Assembly (NCBI GenBank): GCA_009781855.1
Contig: WQUY01000002.1
Span: 10,017-74,016, forward strand
Length of the DNA stretch: 64,000 nt
Reading direction: 5' to 3'
From: Oscillospiraceae bacterium
GTDB lineage: Bacteria; Bacillota; Clostridia; Oscillospirales; Oscillospiraceae
A program made the translations under genes and the position numbers. The notes beneath the pieces were generated by a model. It saw only the letters and a program-made list of their open reading frames with translations, did not search any database and had not been told where the DNA came from. Positions 1 through 10,135 of the stretch are shown piece by piece; within the stretch, counting starts at the first letter, position 1, and every line of letters begins with the position of its first letter.

Positions 1-1
1 G

Positions 2-544
2 CCGAATATCACGGCGATTCATGCTGTTGTTAAAAATCATCTCGCAAATAGACGCCAAGGTACGCAGTCAGCACTTACCCGCGCAGAAGTCAGCGGCGGC
101 GGCGCAAAACCTTATCGTCAAAAAGGAACCGGACGTGCGCGTCAGGGTTCGAAAAGTGTTCCGCACTACACACATGGTGGTGTCGCATTTGCTCCGAAGC
201 CACGCGATTATCGCTATTCGCTCAACAAGAAGCTCAGGAGGCTTGCACTAAAGTCAGCGCTTTCGTTAAAGGCCACAGAGGACAAAATCATAGTGGTCGA
301 TGAGCTGAAAATGGACGAAATCAAAACTAAAGAGTTTAAAGCATTTCTGCAATCTGTTGGTGTCGAGGGTAAGGCTCTGGTGGTTACCCCGGAAAAGAGT
401 GACACAGTTATGCTCAGCGCAAGGAATATTCCGGGCATAAAGACTACATTTGCAACCTTGCTAAACACCTATGACATAGTGGACGCCCGCACATTCGTAG
501 TCGATAAGTCGGCGCTTCCGCTCATCGAGGAGGTATATGCTTAA
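2..544 (+). CDS. rplD: 50S ribosomal protein L4 (5' end cut by window edge)
   Basis: Frame 2 reads without stops from base 2: ...AEVSGGGAKPYRQKGTGRARQGSKSVPHYTHGGVAFAPKPRDY..., continuous with listed ORF 293..544. Stop TAA 542-544 overlaps the rplW ATG. Confidence 0.93.
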   Translation, partial: PNITAIHAVVKNHLANRRQGTQSALTRAEVSGGGAKPYRQKGTGRARQGSKSVPHYTHGGVAFAPKPRDYRYSLNKKLRRLALKSALSLKATEDKIIVVDELKMDEIKTKEFKAFLQSVGVEGKALVVTPEKSDTVMLSARNIPGIKTTFATLLNTYDIVDARTFVVDKSALPLIEEVYA

Positions 545-840
545 TGAAAACTGCATATGATATTATCCTGAGACCGATTATTTCAGAACAATCGACAGAG
601 CATGTAGATTTGAAGAAATATGTATTTGAGGTCGCGCCCGAATCCAACAAAATCGAGATCAAAAAAGCAATCGAGGAAATATTCGATGTCGAAGTGATAA
701 AAGTTACGACGCTGAATATGAAGGGCAAGAAAAAGCGCATGGGCCGCCACCCAGAGGGTAGCAGGAAAGATTGGAAAAAAGCCGTTGTTAAACTTGCAGA
801 TAGTTCAAAGACCATCGAATTCTTTGAAGGTTTGGTATAA
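544..840 (+). CDS. rplW: 50S ribosomal protein L23
   Basis: 98 aa, MKTAYDIILRPIISEQS...; position between L4 and L2. Confidence 0.95.
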   Translation: MKTAYDIILRPIISEQSTEHVDLKKYVFEVAPESNKIEIKKAIEEIFDVEVIKVTTLNMKGKKKRMGRHPEGSRKDWKKAVVKLADSSKTIEFFEGLV

Positions 841-926
841 CTTCGTTCCAATTTCATTAATTCGGTTATGTCCGGTCAGACCGGACGCAACTCTCATATC
901 ACTCGATCATAGAGGGAGGAAATAAA

Positions 927-1763
927 GTGTCAGTAAAAACGTATAAACCCACTACTCCGTCGAGACGGCACATGTCTGTTTCCGGATTCGATGGGATAGA
1001 TAAAAGAGCCAGACCGGAGCGCAGCCTGACAGAAGTGCTCAAAAAGCATTCAGGCCGCAACAGTTACGGTCGCATCACAGTCCGTCATAGAGGCGGCGGC
1101 AACCGCAGGAAATATAGGATTATCGACTTCAAGCGCAACAAGTTTGATGTACCGGGCACAGTTTTGCGTTTGGAATATGACCCGAACCGCTCGGCAAACA
1201 TCGCACTCATAGAGTATCCGGATAAGGAACGCAGGTATATTCTGGCTCCGGTTGGTTTGAAAAACGGCGATACAGTAATCTCGTCAAAAGATGCAGATAT
1301 CAAGCCGGGTAACACGTTGCCAATCACATCAATTCCTGTCGGTACAGTCATTCACAACATTGAGCTGCATCCCGGAAAGGGCGCACAGCTTGTCCGCAGT
1401 GCCGGTACACAGGCTCAGCTTATGGCAAGAGAAGGCGCAATGGCTCAAATCAGAATGCCTTCCGGCGAATACAGAATGGTTCGTAGCAACTGCCTAGCAA
1501 CAATAGGGCAGGTCGGAAATACAGACCACTCCAACATCCACATCGGCAAGGCTGGACGTAAGCGTCACATGGGCATCCGCCCGACAGTTCGCGGCTCGGT
1601 CATGAACCCGGTAGATCACCCGCACGGCGGTGGTGAGGGTAAGAGCCCAATAGGACGCCCGGGACCTGTGACACCATGGGGTAAACCAACGCTTGGCTAC
1701 AAGACTCGCAAGGCAAAAAACCCGACAGACAAATACATCGTAAAACGCCGCGGTAAGAAATAA
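927..1763 (+). CDS. rplB: 50S ribosomal protein L2
   Basis: 278 aa, GTG start after GGGAGG; ...[15 protein letters not shown]...[13 protein letters not shown]... Confidence 0.96.
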   Translation: MSVKTYKPTTPSRRHMSVSGFDGIDKRARPERSLTEVLKKHSGRNSYGRITVRHRGGGNRRKYRIIDFKRNKFDVPGTVLRLEYDPNRSANIALIEYPDKERRYILAPVGLKNGDTVISSKDADIKPGNTLPITSIPVGTVIHNIELHPGKGAQLVRSAGTQAQLMAREGAMAQIRMPSGEYRMVRSNCLATIGQVGNTDHSNIHIGKAGRKRHMGIRPTVRGSVMNPVDHPHGGGEGKSPIGRPGPVTPWGKPTLGYKTRKAKNPTDKYIVKRRGKK

Positions 1764-1778
1764 GGAGGGCTTGAATAT

Positions 1779-2051
1779 ATGAGTAGAAGTGTTAAGAAAG
1801 GCCCATTTGCCGCGCCGGAGCTGATTAAACGGGTCGATGAGATGAATACTTCGGGAGACAAAAAGGTGCTGAAAACATGGTCTCGCGCCACAACAATTTT
1901 CCCGACATTCGTTGGACACACGATAGCAGTTCACGACGGCAGACGCCATGTGCCGGTCTATATTACCGAGGATATGGTTGGTCACAAGTTGGGCGAGTTT
2001 GCTCCCACGCGCACCTACAGAGGTCACGCGGGCAGCAAGACATCAAGATAA
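1779..2051 (+). CDS. rpsS: 30S ribosomal protein S19
   Basis: 90 aa, [10 protein letters not shown]...[27 protein letters not shown]. Confidence 0.96.
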   Translation: MSRSVKKGPFAAPELIKRVDEMNTSGDKKVLKTWSRATTIFPTFVGHTIAVHDGRRHVPVYITEDMVGHKLGEFAPTRTYRGHAGSKTSR

Positions 2052-2067
2052 GGAGGTGGACGATTTT

Positions 2068-2403
2068 ATGGAAGCAAAAGCACATCTGAAATATGCACGC
2101 ATATCACCTCGTAAAGTAAAAATAGTCTGCGACCTTATAAGAGGTAAGGATACTAAAACAGCGAAAGCAATCCTTATGCAGACCCCCAAGGCAGCATCGG
2201 AGCTTATGCTCAAACTACTCAACAGCGCCGTAGCAAATGCCGAAAACAACCATGAGATGGATCCGGACAATCTCTTCGTTTCTGAAACGTTTGCAAACCC
2301 CGGGCCGATACTGAAAAGGATCAGACCGGTGTCAAGAGGCAGAGCATACAGGATATACAAGAGAACGTCACATATCACGATCATCGTGGCTGAGAAGGAA
2401 TAG
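2068..2403 (+). CDS. rplV: 50S ribosomal protein L22
   Basis: ORF 1948..2403 trimmed to ATG 2068 ([17 protein letters not shown]) preceded by AGGAGG; the upstream part overlaps rpsS. Confidence 0.93.
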   Translation: MEAKAHLKYARISPRKVKIVCDLIRGKDTKTAKAILMQTPKAASELMLKLLNSAVANAENNHEMDPDNLFVSETFANPGPILKRIRPVSRGRAYRIYKRTSHITIIVAEKE

Positions 2404-2414
2404 GGGGAATCACC

Positions 2415-3374
2415 ATGGGACAGAAAGTTAATCCACACGGATTTCGAGTCGGCGTCATAAAAGACTGGGATTCCCGTTGGTATGCCCGCGAGGACAAAGT
2501 AGGCGACCTCATAGTTGAAGACTATAACATCCGCAAATACCTCAAAGAGCTGCTGTTTTCGGCAGGTGTTCCGAGAATCGAAATAGAACGCGACAATGCA
2601 AAAGTCAGAATTTTCATCCACTGCTCACGTCCCGGCGTTGTAATCGGCAAGGGTGGTGCGGAGATTGAAAGACTGCGCGTTGAAATGGAAAAGAGAATTG
2701 GCAAGCCTGTCGCCCTTTCGATAGTTGAAGTTAAAAACCCAGACACGAACGCGCAGCTTATTGCTGAAGGCATCGCAGCAAAACTCGAAAAACGCATCGG
2801 ATTCCGCCGTGCGATGAAAAATGCGATGAGCAGAGCAATGCGTCTCGGTGTGCGCGGCATCAAAGTCATGGTAGCTGGTCGTCTGGGCGGTGCTGAAATT
2901 GCAAGAAGTGAAACTTATCACGAGGGTACAATACCGCTCCAAACCATCAGAGCCGATATCGAATATGGCTTTGCAGAAGCAGCGACAACCTATGGCCGTA
3001 TCGGCGTAAAGGTTTGGGTATATAACGGAGAAATCCTGAGCCAGACACTACGTACAACGCCAAGGACTATGGATACTTCAAGACCTCCGAGAGATCGTCG
3101 TGACCGTGACAGAGGTGGACGCGGCGGTGACAGAGGCAGAGGGCCGGGCGGCGGTGGTTACAACCGTGGGCCGGGTGGCGGACAAGGCGGCGGCGGTTAC
3201 AGAGGGCCACAAGGTGGCGGAGGATATAACCGCGGGCCGGGACAAGGCCAGGGTCAAGGCGGATATAACAGACCTCCTCAGGGACAGGGTCAAGGCGGAT
3301 ACAACAGGCCTCCGCAAGGACAAGACCAAGGATCCAGACCTCCGGCTGCTCCTAAGGAAGGAGGTACAGCGTAA
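2415..3374 (+). CDS. rpsC: 30S ribosomal protein S3 with ~109-aa Gly/Arg/Tyr-rich C-terminal extension
   Basis: [13 protein letters not shown]..., KH motif GKGGAEIE. The conserved core ends near aa 210 (VWVYNGEIL), followed by [30 protein letters not shown]...[12 protein letters not shown] x2. Confidence 0.93.
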   Translation: MGQKVNPHGFRVGVIKDWDSRWYAREDKVGDLIVEDYNIRKYLKELLFSAGVPRIEIERDNAKVRIFIHCSRPGVVIGKGGAEIERLRVEMEKRIGKPVALSIVEVKNPDTNAQLIAEGIAAKLEKRIGFRRAMKNAMSRAMRLGVRGIKVMVAGRLGGAEIARSETYHEGTIPLQTIRADIEYGFAEAATTYGRIGVKVWVYNGEILSQTLRTTPRTMDTSRPPRDRRDRDRGGRGGDRGRGPGGGGYNRGPGGGQGGGGYRGPQGGGGYNRGPGQGQGQGGYNRPPQGQGQGGYNRPPQGQDQGSRPPAAPKEGGTA

Positions 3375-3805
3375 TGCTAACACCAAAAAGGGTCAAGCGC
3401 CGCAAGGTGCATAGAGGCCGCATGAAAGGCAAAGCGACACGCGGCAACACAATAACATACGGCGAATATGGCCTGCAGGCTACTGAGCCGTCATGGATTA
3501 CTTCAAACCAGATAGAGGCCGCGCGTATTGCGATGACACGTTATTCAAAGCGTGGCGGTAAAGTATGGATAAAGATCTTCCCCGATAAACCCGTAACATC
3601 AAAGCCAGCCGAGACAAGAATGGGCTCCGGTAAAGGTTCACCCGAATACTGGGTCGCAGTTGTAAAGCCGGGTAGAGTCATGTTTGAAATCGGTGGGGTA
3701 CCGGAGGAAGTCGCTCGCGAAGCGATGCGCCGCGCAGCGCACAAGTTGCCTTGCAAGGTGAAGTTCATCAAACGCGAGGACGAAATCGAGACAGGTGGTG
3801 AGTAA
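3374..3805 (+). CDS. rplP: 50S ribosomal protein L16
   Basis: 143 aa, [19 protein letters not shown]...; TAATG overlap with rpsC. Confidence 0.96.
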   Translation: MLTPKRVKRRKVHRGRMKGKATRGNTITYGEYGLQATEPSWITSNQIEAARIAMTRYSKRGGKVWIKIFPDKPVTSKPAETRMGSGKGSPEYWVAVVKPGRVMFEIGGVPEEVAREAMRRAAHKLPCKVKFIKREDEIETGGE

Positions 3806-3806
3806 G

Positions 3807-4010
3807 ATGAAGGCAAGCGAGGTAATAAATCTCAGCCCGGACGAGCTTGAAGAAAAGCTTTTGGGACTAAAGAAAGACCTCTTCTTTTTAAGAATGCAGC
3901 ATGCGACAAATCAGCTTGACAACCCTATTCGGATCGCACAGGTAAAAAAAGACATTGCCCGAGTCAAGACAGTTATTCGCAGTAAGCAATTAGAGCGGGT
4001 AGGAGGTTAA
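3807..4010 (+). CDS. rpmC: 50S ribosomal protein L29
   Basis: ATG 3807 ([18 protein letters not shown]...) directly after the rplP stop; the listed GTG 3795 start overlaps rplP. Confidence 0.9.
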   Translation: MKASEVINLSPDELEEKLLGLKKDLFFLRMQHATNQLDNPIRIAQVKKDIARVKTVIRSKQLERVGG

Positions 4011-4013
4011 GCA

Positions 4014-4277
4014 ATGAGTGAAAACAGAACATCCAGAAGAAAGACGAGAGTCGGCAAGGTTACATCGGATAAGATGGACAAAACCATCGTAGTGGCTGTC
4101 GAGGATCGCGTAGCACACCCGCTGTATAAAAAGATTATTAAGAGGACATATAAACTAAAGGCGCACGACGAGAACAACGAGTGCGGCATCGGAGACAGGG
4201 TTCGCGTGATGGAAACGCGCCCGCTCTCGAAAGACAAGCGCTGGAGACTCGTCGAGGTCATAGAAAAGGCGAAGTAG
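4014..4277 (+). CDS. rpsQ: 30S ribosomal protein S17
   Basis: 87 aa, ...[29 protein letters not shown]... Confidence 0.95.
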   Translation: MSENRTSRRKTRVGKVTSDKMDKTIVVAVEDRVAHPLYKKIIKRTYKLKAHDENNECGIGDRVRVMETRPLSKDKRWRLVEVIEKAK

Positions 4278-4289
4278 GGAGGAAGCAAC

Positions 4290-4658
4290 ATGATACAACA
4301 AGAAACGTTTCTGAAGGTTGCTGACAATACCGGCGCCAAGGAAATAAAATGTATCCGCGTTCTTGGCGGCTCCGGAAGAAAGTACGGAAGTGTGGGCGAT
4401 GTAATCGTTGCCTCAGTTCGTAAGGCAGCCCCAGGCAGTGCGGTAAGAAAAGGTGAAGTCGTCAGGGCAGTAATTGTTCGTACAGCTAAGGGCGTTCATC
4501 GCGCCGATGGCACATATGTAAGATTTGACGAAAACGCCGCAGTCCTCATCAAAGAGGACAAAAACCCAAGAGGCACACGCATATTTGGCCCGGTGGCCCG
4601 TGAGCTCCGCGACAAGGATTACATGAAAATCCTCTCGTTGGCGCCCGAAGTAATATAG
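4290..4658 (+). CDS. rplN: 50S ribosomal protein L14
   Basis: 122 aa, [28 protein letters not shown]... Confidence 0.97.
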   Translation: MIQQETFLKVADNTGAKEIKCIRVLGGSGRKYGSVGDVIVASVRKAAPGSAVRKGEVVRAVIVRTAKGVHRADGTYVRFDENAAVLIKEDKNPRGTRIFGPVARELRDKDYMKILSLAPEVI

Positions 4659-4674
4659 GGAGGGAGCGCTCAAT

Positions 4675-4983
4675 ATGCATATTAAAACAAATGACACCAT
4701 TGTGGTCTTGTCCGGTAAGGATAAAGGCAAACAAGGTAAAGTGATGAGTGTGGATCCAAAAGCCGGAAAGGCGCTTGTTGAGGGTGTAAGTGTCGCAAAA
4801 CGACATAAAAAGCCGCGCAAACAAGGCGACCCCGGTGGTATCATCACAAAGGAAACACCGATTTATACAAGCAAATTAATGCGTGTATGCCCCAAGTGTA
4901 ACAAACCAACAAGACCCGCACACAGCATCAAAGGCGATGGCGAAAAAGTCAGAGTCTGCAAAAAGTGCGGAGCTGAAATCTAA
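4675..4983 (+). CDS. rplX: 50S ribosomal protein L24 (with CxxC-x19-CxxC in the C-terminal third)
   Basis: 102 aa, KOW motif VVLSGKDKGKQGKV; C72/C75/C95/C98. Confidence 0.94.
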   Translation: MHIKTNDTIVVLSGKDKGKQGKVMSVDPKAGKALVEGVSVAKRHKKPRKQGDPGGIITKETPIYTSKLMRVCPKCNKPTRPAHSIKGDGEKVRVCKKCGAEI

Positions 4984-5001
4984 GAAAGGAGTGGCCAAGT
5001 T

Positions 5002-5544
5002 ATGACAAGAATGAAGAAAAAGTATCAGGAAGAGGCCATTCCCGCCTTGATGAAGAAGTTTGAGTACAAGAGCGTTATGGAAGTTCCTAAGGTTGAGAAG
5101 ATCATAGTTAATGTTGGCTGTGGCGATGCGCGTGATAATGCAAAAGCAATAGACGCTGTCGTCAAGGACATCTCAGCCATAACAGGCCAGAAGGCTGTTG
5201 TGACAAAGGCAAGAAAATCAGTTGCCAACTTCAAACTTCGTGAGGGAATGCCGGTCGGCGTGAAAGTGACACTGCGGCAAAACAGAATGTGGGAGTTTTT
5301 AGACAGGCTATACAATGTAGCGCTGCCCCGCGTCCGTGACTTCAGAGGCATAAGTGCCAACTCCTTTGACGGAAGAGGCAATTATGCACTGGGACTAAAA
5401 GAACAGCTCGTTTTCCCCGAAATAGACTACGATAAGATTGAGAAAATTCGCGGTATGGATATAGTAATATGTACGACTGCGAAAACAGACGAGGAAGCCC
5501 GCGAGTTACTGACATGTATGGGCGCCCCGTTCATCCAATCGTAG
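5002..5544 (+). CDS. rplE: 50S ribosomal protein L5
   Basis: 180 aa, ...[16 protein letters not shown]...[17 protein letters not shown]... Confidence 0.96.
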   Translation: MTRMKKKYQEEAIPALMKKFEYKSVMEVPKVEKIIVNVGCGDARDNAKAIDAVVKDISAITGQKAVVTKARKSVANFKLREGMPVGVKVTLRQNRMWEFLDRLYNVALPRVRDFRGISANSFDGRGNYALGLKEQLVFPEIDYDKIEKIRGMDIVICTTAKTDEEARELLTCMGAPFIQS

Positions 5545-5557
5545 GGAGGAGACAATT

Positions 5558-5743
5558 ATGGCAAAAAAATCTATGATTCTAAAGCAGCAGAGGGAGCCAA
5601 AGTTCTCATCCCGCCGCTATAACCGATGCAAAATCTGCGGTCGCCCGCACGCGTATCTGCGTGATTATGGTGTGTGCCGTATATGCTTCCGTAATTTGGC
5701 CTATAAAGGACAAATTCCCGGAGTGCGCAAAGCCTCGTGGTAA
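5558..5743 (+). CDS. rpsZ: 30S ribosomal protein S14 type Z (zinc form)
   Basis: 61 aa, CxxC...CxxC (CKICGRP...CRICFR), ends ...GVRKASW*. Confidence 0.96.
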   Translation: MAKKSMILKQQREPKFSSRRYNRCKICGRPHAYLRDYGVCRICFRNLAYKGQIPGVRKASW

Positions 5744-6023
5744 ATTTTTCCGTTATGCTTCACCTCACGGACTTGCAGTATAGAGATACAGCGTCGTCCG
5801 CTCGGTTTAGCCTAACAAAAAAATTCTCTCACGAGGGAACCTCGTGGTAAGCTTCCGTTATGCTTCACCTCACGGACTTGCAGTATAGAGATACAGCGTC
5901 GTCCGCTCGGTTTGGCTTAACAAAAAATTTCTCTCACGAGGGAACCTCGTGGTAAGCTTCTGTTATGCTTCACCTTTCGGTTTAGCCTAACAAAAATCTC
6001 CCTTTCGAGGGGGGAACCGCGTG
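5733..6023 (+). repeat. Tandem direct repeat: 107 + 105 + ~79 bp (third copy has an internal ~38-bp deletion); each unit starts with CCTCGTGGTAA
   Basis: Unit starts at 5733, 5840 and 5945. Copies 1 and 2 are near-identical over ~105 nt. The first unit begins with the last 11 nt of rpsZ including its stop. Each unit junction forms the hairpin CACGAGG-GAA-CCTCGTG. Confidence 0.9.
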
Positions 6024-6139
6024 AAAAACTAATACAGTCTACGCCGAAAGGCTTCGGGTGCACTGAAGAACCTCGGCGAGAAAGCGGAAGCGCCATGTTC
6101 AGATTGAGCGCATTCCGCGACGACGAAGGAGGAGAGCAC

Positions 6140-6535
6140 ATGCAAATAACAGACCCCATTGCCGATATGCTCACGCGTATCAGAAATGCGAGCGCTGCTA
6201 AGCACGCCACAGTCGATATTCCCGCTTCCAACATGAAAAAAGCCATTGCGGAAATATTGCTGCAAGAGGGTTATATCAAAAACTTTCAGCTAATAAATGA
6301 TGGTATTCAAGGTGTTATTAAAGTGACGCTGAAATACAACGGGACTGAAAAGGCCATTGCTGGTCTGCGTAGAGTCTCGAAACCCGGCTTGCGTGTTTAC
6401 GCAGGTGCGGACGAACTACCTTATGTTCTCAGAGGACTGGGAGTTGCCATTATATCAACATCCAAGGGCGTAATGACCGATAAGAGAGCCAGAACGGCGA
6501 ACATCGGTGGCGAAGTCCTTGCATTTGTCTGGTAA
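6140..6535 (+). CDS. rpsH: 30S ribosomal protein S8
   Basis: ORF 6095..6535 trimmed to ATG 6140 ([17 protein letters not shown]) behind GAAGGAGGAG. Confidence 0.94.
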   Translation: MQITDPIADMLTRIRNASAAKHATVDIPASNMKKAIAEILLQEGYIKNFQLINDGIQGVIKVTLKYNGTEKAIAGLRRVSKPGLRVYAGADELPYVLRGLGVAIISTSKGVMTDKRARTANIGGEVLAFVW

Positions 6536-6547
6536 GGGGGCGCAGGT

Positions 6548-7090
6548 ATGTCGAGAATAGGTAGAATGCCGATAACCATTCCTGCGGGAGTGAATGTCGA
6601 AGTTACGGAGCATAATGTTGTTTCAGTAAAAGGCCCGAAAGGCCGACTCGAAGCCCCAATTAATCCTGAGATAAGCGTAAAGATAGAGGATGGAACCATA
6701 AGCCTCACTCGCCCGACAGATTCGCCCAAGCATCGCAGCCTTCATGGGCTCTCACGCACCCTTGTCAACAACATGGTTTTGGGTGTTAATGAAGAGTTTA
6801 AAAAAGAGCTGGATATCAACGGCGTTGGTTACAGGGCAACAAAAGAAGGCAAGAAGCTTGTGATGAATCTTGGTTATTCACATCAAGTAATCGTAGAGGA
6901 AACCGATGGAATAACGATTGATGTTCCGACACCAAACAAAATAATCATCAGCGGCATAAACAAACAGGAAGTCGGCCAGTTTGCTGCCGATATCAGGAAA
7001 AAAAGACCGCCGGAACCCTATAAAGGCAAAGGCATCAAATACGTTAATGAAGTCATTCGCCGCAAAGAAGGCAAGACTGGAGCAAAATAA
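6548..7090 (+). CDS. rplF: 50S ribosomal protein L6
   Basis: 180 aa, [19 protein letters not shown]... Confidence 0.96.
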   Translation: MSRIGRMPITIPAGVNVEVTEHNVVSVKGPKGRLEAPINPEISVKIEDGTISLTRPTDSPKHRSLHGLSRTLVNNMVLGVNEEFKKELDINGVGYRATKEGKKLVMNLGYSHQVIVEETDGITIDVPTPNKIIISGINKQEVGQFAADIRKKRPPEPYKGKGIKYVNEVIRRKEGKTGAK

Positions 7091-7106
7091 AAGGAGGTGT
7101 GCCTAA

Positions 7107-7466
7107 ATGATAAACAGACCCAATACGAAAGCGCAGCGTAAAAAGCGCCATAAGAGAGTACGAGGCAGGATTTCTGGCACGCCGGAACGTCCCAGACTCA
7201 ATGTATTCCGGAGTGAAAAGCATATTTATGCCCAAGTGATTGATGATGTCGGCGGCGTAACGCTTTGCTCGGCTTCGACAGTCGAAAAAGACTTTGAGGG
7301 CTCCGGCTCGAATAAAGAGGCCGCGAAAAAGGTTGGCAAACTGGTTGCAGAGCGAGCAATCGCAAAGGGACTAGAGACCGTCGTTTTCGACAGAGGCGGA
7401 TTTATATATCACGGACGTGTGAAAGAACTTGCAGAAGCTGCCCGCGAGGGCGGACTGAAATTCTAA
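7107..7466 (+). CDS. rplR: 50S ribosomal protein L18
   Basis: 119 aa, ...[20 protein letters not shown]... Confidence 0.96.
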   Translation: MINRPNTKAQRKKRHKRVRGRISGTPERPRLNVFRSEKHIYAQVIDDVGGVTLCSASTVEKDFEGSGSNKEAAKKVGKLVAERAIAKGLETVVFDRGGFIYHGRVKELAEAAREGGLKF

Positions 7467-7484
7467 CGGGGAGGAGGAAACAAC

Positions 7485-8021
7485 ATGGCTTTTAGCAATC
7501 AAAGAAGAGATAACAGAAGAGACAATCGCAAAGAAGAAGTTCAATCAGAGTTTACGGAAAAAGTAGTTTCCCTGAACCGTGTTTCAAAGACTGTAAAAGG
7601 TGGACGTATTTTCAAGTTCGCTGCACTTTGTGTCGTAGGTGATGGCGCAGGACGCGTTGGCTTTGGCCTCGGCAAAGCAGGTGAAGTTTCTGAAGCGATT
7701 CGCAAAGGCATCGAGGATGCAAAAAAGAATGTCACGAGCATAACAGTTTCCGGCAGCACAATACCGCACGAAGTTATAGGCGCATATGGTGCAGGCAGGG
7801 TTCTGTTAAAGCCCGCACCTCCGGGTACAGGCGTTATCGCCGGTGGAGCTGTTCGTGCAGTTGTTGAAGCGGCCGGTATCTCCGATATCAGGACAAAGTG
7901 TCTGAGATCAAACAATCCTCAAAATGTTGTCGCTGCTACCATGGTTGGGCTTAAATCACTGCGTGATGCCGCTGCGGTAGCGAAAACAAGAGGCAAAACA
8001 GTTGAGGAGATTGTTGGGTAG
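7485..8021 (+). CDS. rpsE: 30S ribosomal protein S5
   Basis: 178 aa, ...[28 protein letters not shown]... Confidence 0.96.
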   Translation: MAFSNQRRDNRRDNRKEEVQSEFTEKVVSLNRVSKTVKGGRIFKFAALCVVGDGAGRVGFGLGKAGEVSEAIRKGIEDAKKNVTSITVSGSTIPHEVIGAYGAGRVLLKPAPPGTGVIAGGAVRAVVEAAGISDIRTKCLRSNNPQNVVAATMVGLKSLRDAAAVAKTRGKTVEEIVG

Positions 8022-8046
8022 TAACCCTTAAACAGGAGGACATAAT

Positions 8047-8226
8047 ATGGCTAGTTTGAAAATTAAGCTCGTCAAGAGCCTATGCGGCAGACGCGATAAG
8101 CATATCGCGACAGTCAAATCCCTCGGGCTTAAAAAAATCGGAAGTGAAGTGACACAGCCCGACAACCCGCAAACCAGAGGAAAGATAGCGCAAGTCAGAT
8201 ATCTGGTAACAGTAACCGAAGAGTAA
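8047..8226 (+). CDS. rpmD: 50S ribosomal protein L30
   Basis: Not in the ORF track (59 aa). Hand translation: [65 protein letters not shown] lies 6 nt upstream; canonical position between rpsE and rplO. Confidence 0.9.
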   Translation: MASLKIKLVKSLCGRRDKHIATVKSLGLKKIGSEVTQPDNPQTRGKIAQVRYLVTVTEE

Positions 8227-8240
8227 GGAGGACGTGATAT

Positions 8241-8681
8241 ATGAATTTGCACGATCTCACTCCCGCAAAAGGAGCAACCAGCGTTGGCAAACGTAAAGGC
8301 CGTGGCCGTGCGACCGGTAACGGTAAAACAGCCGGGCGTGGTCATAAAGGTCAAAAATCCCGTAGCGGCGGCGGAACGCGAATTGGCTTTGAAGGCGGAC
8401 AAATGCCGCTTGCCAGGCGCGTACCCAAAAGAGGATTTAACAACATATTTGCAAAACCACTGACAGCGATAAATGTTGCAGCACTGAACAGATTTGATGA
8501 TGGTGCAACTGTTGGAGCTGAGGAACTGCTTGAATGCGGCGTACTGAGCAAATGTGAGTACGGACTTAAAATCCTTGGAAACGGCACGATGACAAAGAAG
8601 CTGACGGTCAAGGCACGTGCGTTTTCCGAGTCGGCAAAACAGAAAATAGAAGCAGCCGGCGGAAAGGCCGAGGTGGTGTAA
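8241..8681 (+). CDS. rplO: 50S ribosomal protein L15
   Basis: 146 aa, [12 protein letters not shown]...[13 protein letters not shown]... Confidence 0.96.
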   Translation: MNLHDLTPAKGATSVGKRKGRGRATGNGKTAGRGHKGQKSRSGGGTRIGFEGGQMPLARRVPKRGFNNIFAKPLTAINVAALNRFDDGATVGAEELLECGVLSKCEYGLKILGNGTMTKKLTVKARAFSESAKQKIEAAGGKAEVV

Positions 8682-8682
8682 G

Positions 8683-9975
8683 GTGATAACTACACTGCGT
8701 AACGCATGGAGAATAGACGATATACGCAAAAAACTATTGTTCATGATGTTTATCGTTCTCCTGTACAGATTAGGTAATGCGGTGACCGTACCATACGTAA
8801 ACACCGAGCTTTTGACCTACTTCTTCCGTCAGGAGGTGGGAATACTTGCCCTAATAAACACAATGTCAGGTAGTGCGCTTGAACGGGCGTCGATATTTGC
8901 GCTGTCTATACAGCCGTACATTAACGCATCGATCATCATGCAACTTCTGACCATTGCAATTCCTGCTTTCGAGCGTATGCGTAAAGAGGGCGGCGAAGAA
9001 GGCAAGAAGAAGATTGAAAAAATCACTCGCTATTCAACCATTGGTATTGCAGCACTTCAGGGTTATGCCTATTATTTGCTGATTGCCAGAGAAGGTATGC
9101 TTGACCCAACGGCGACAGGAATTTGGCCTCCAATCGTTATCGTAGCCACATTTATGACAGGTTCTGCGATTCTGATGTGGATGGGTGAACAAATAACAGA
9201 GTTCGGTATCGGAAACGGTATTTCCGTGATCCTCTTTGTCAGCATCGTAGCCCGCTTCCCCATCGAGATTTGGTCGATGATAGCAGGTCCGAGAGGGGTT
9301 ATGACCCATCCGGAACTATGGTGGATATATGCATTGATGCTGATTGGTGCGCTGGCAATAATCGTACTTATTGTTGTTGTAAACAATGCGGAACGACGAA
9401 TACCCGTCCAGTATTCCAAGCGGGTAGTTGGCAGAAAGATGTACGGAGGACAGTCAACGCATCTTCCGATGAAGGTAAACATGTCCGGTGTTTTGCCAGT
9501 CATCTTCGCTCAGTCCATAGCGTCGATTCCGGCGACCATCGTAGTGTTTGTACCTGCGTGGTCTGAGGGGTGGCTGATGACAGCGCTTGACCCATCAAGT
9601 ATTGCGTACATGGTCATATACTTCCTGCTCATCGTATTCTTCTCATATTTCTACTCGACAGTTCAGTTTAATCCTATCGAGATTGCGAACAACCTGAAGA
9701 AAAATGGTGGATTTATACCAGGCTTCCGTGCCGGTAAACCAACCAGTGAGTTTATTCAAAAGGTTTTGACGAAGATAACGTTGTTTGGTGCGCTGTACCT
9801 GGCTATTGTGGCGATAACACCGCTGATCGTGGCGTTCTTCTCTGATACGGCGAGACTGTCAGGCATAGCAATGGGCGGTACATCAATCATCATCGTAGTC
9901 AGTGTTGCGCTTGAAACAATCAAGCAGCTTGAATCGCAAATGCTGATGAGGCACTACAAAGGATTTTTAGAGTAA
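8683..9975 (+). CDS. secY: Preprotein translocase subunit SecY
   Basis: 430 aa, polytopic, GTG start; ...IFALSIQPYINASIIMQLL...; position after rplO. Confidence 0.95.
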   Translation: MITTLRNAWRIDDIRKKLLFMMFIVLLYRLGNAVTVPYVNTELLTYFFRQEVGILALINTMSGSALERASIFALSIQPYINASIIMQLLTIAIPAFERMRKEGGEEGKKKIEKITRYSTIGIAALQGYAYYLLIAREGMLDPTATGIWPPIVIVATFMTGSAILMWMGEQITEFGIGNGISVILFVSIVARFPIEIWSMIAGPRGVMTHPELWWIYALMLIGALAIIVLIVVVNNAERRIPVQYSKRVVGRKMYGGQSTHLPMKVNMSGVLPVIFAQSIASIPATIVVFVPAWSEGWLMTALDPSSIAYMVIYFLLIVFFSYFYSTVQFNPIEIANNLKKNGGFIPGFRAGKPTSEFIQKVLTKITLFGALYLAIVAITPLIVAFFSDTARLSGIAMGGTSIIIVVSVALETIKQLESQMLMRHYKGFLE

Positions 9976-10135
9976 ACAATGATGCGCAAATCTCTTTTGC
10001 AACTACGGTTTATTCAAAGCAATACCGCAGGGCGCAATATGCGCCCGCGGGATTGACATCCTACACTGTAGCAAGTCAACGCCCCTCTTGTTAAGGGCGA
10101 CACTGTTCGCCCGAATAAACACACGGAGGTAAAGC

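Noticed and set aside
870-886. Hairpin GTCCGGT-CAG-ACCGGAC in the 86-nt rplW-rplB spacer
   Set aside because: It is a single short stem without a U tract or recurrence elsewhere in the window, and could be incidental or a processing site. Not enough to call a feature.
1494-2027. Long antisense or alternative-frame ORFs inside r-protein genes and other conserved genes (e.g. 1494..2027 -, 2043..2621 -, 8028..8804 -, 52479..53258 +, 54960..55601 +)
   Set aside because: They overlap strongly conserved genes on the other strand or frame, have no RBS, and show low-complexity or atypical composition. They are shadow ORFs.
5733-6023. Tandem repeats in the spc operon as a possible CRISPR array
   Set aside because: The units are contiguous ~105-bp direct repeats with no unique spacers, no cas genes are nearby, and unit 1 overlaps a coding sequence.
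10030-10046. Hairpin GGGCGCA-ATA-TGCGCCC and a TTGACA box in the 160-bp secY-adk spacer as an internal terminator or promoter
   Set aside because: No T tract follows the hairpin, and no acceptable -10 lies 16-18 nt after the TTGACA. The evidence is insufficient.
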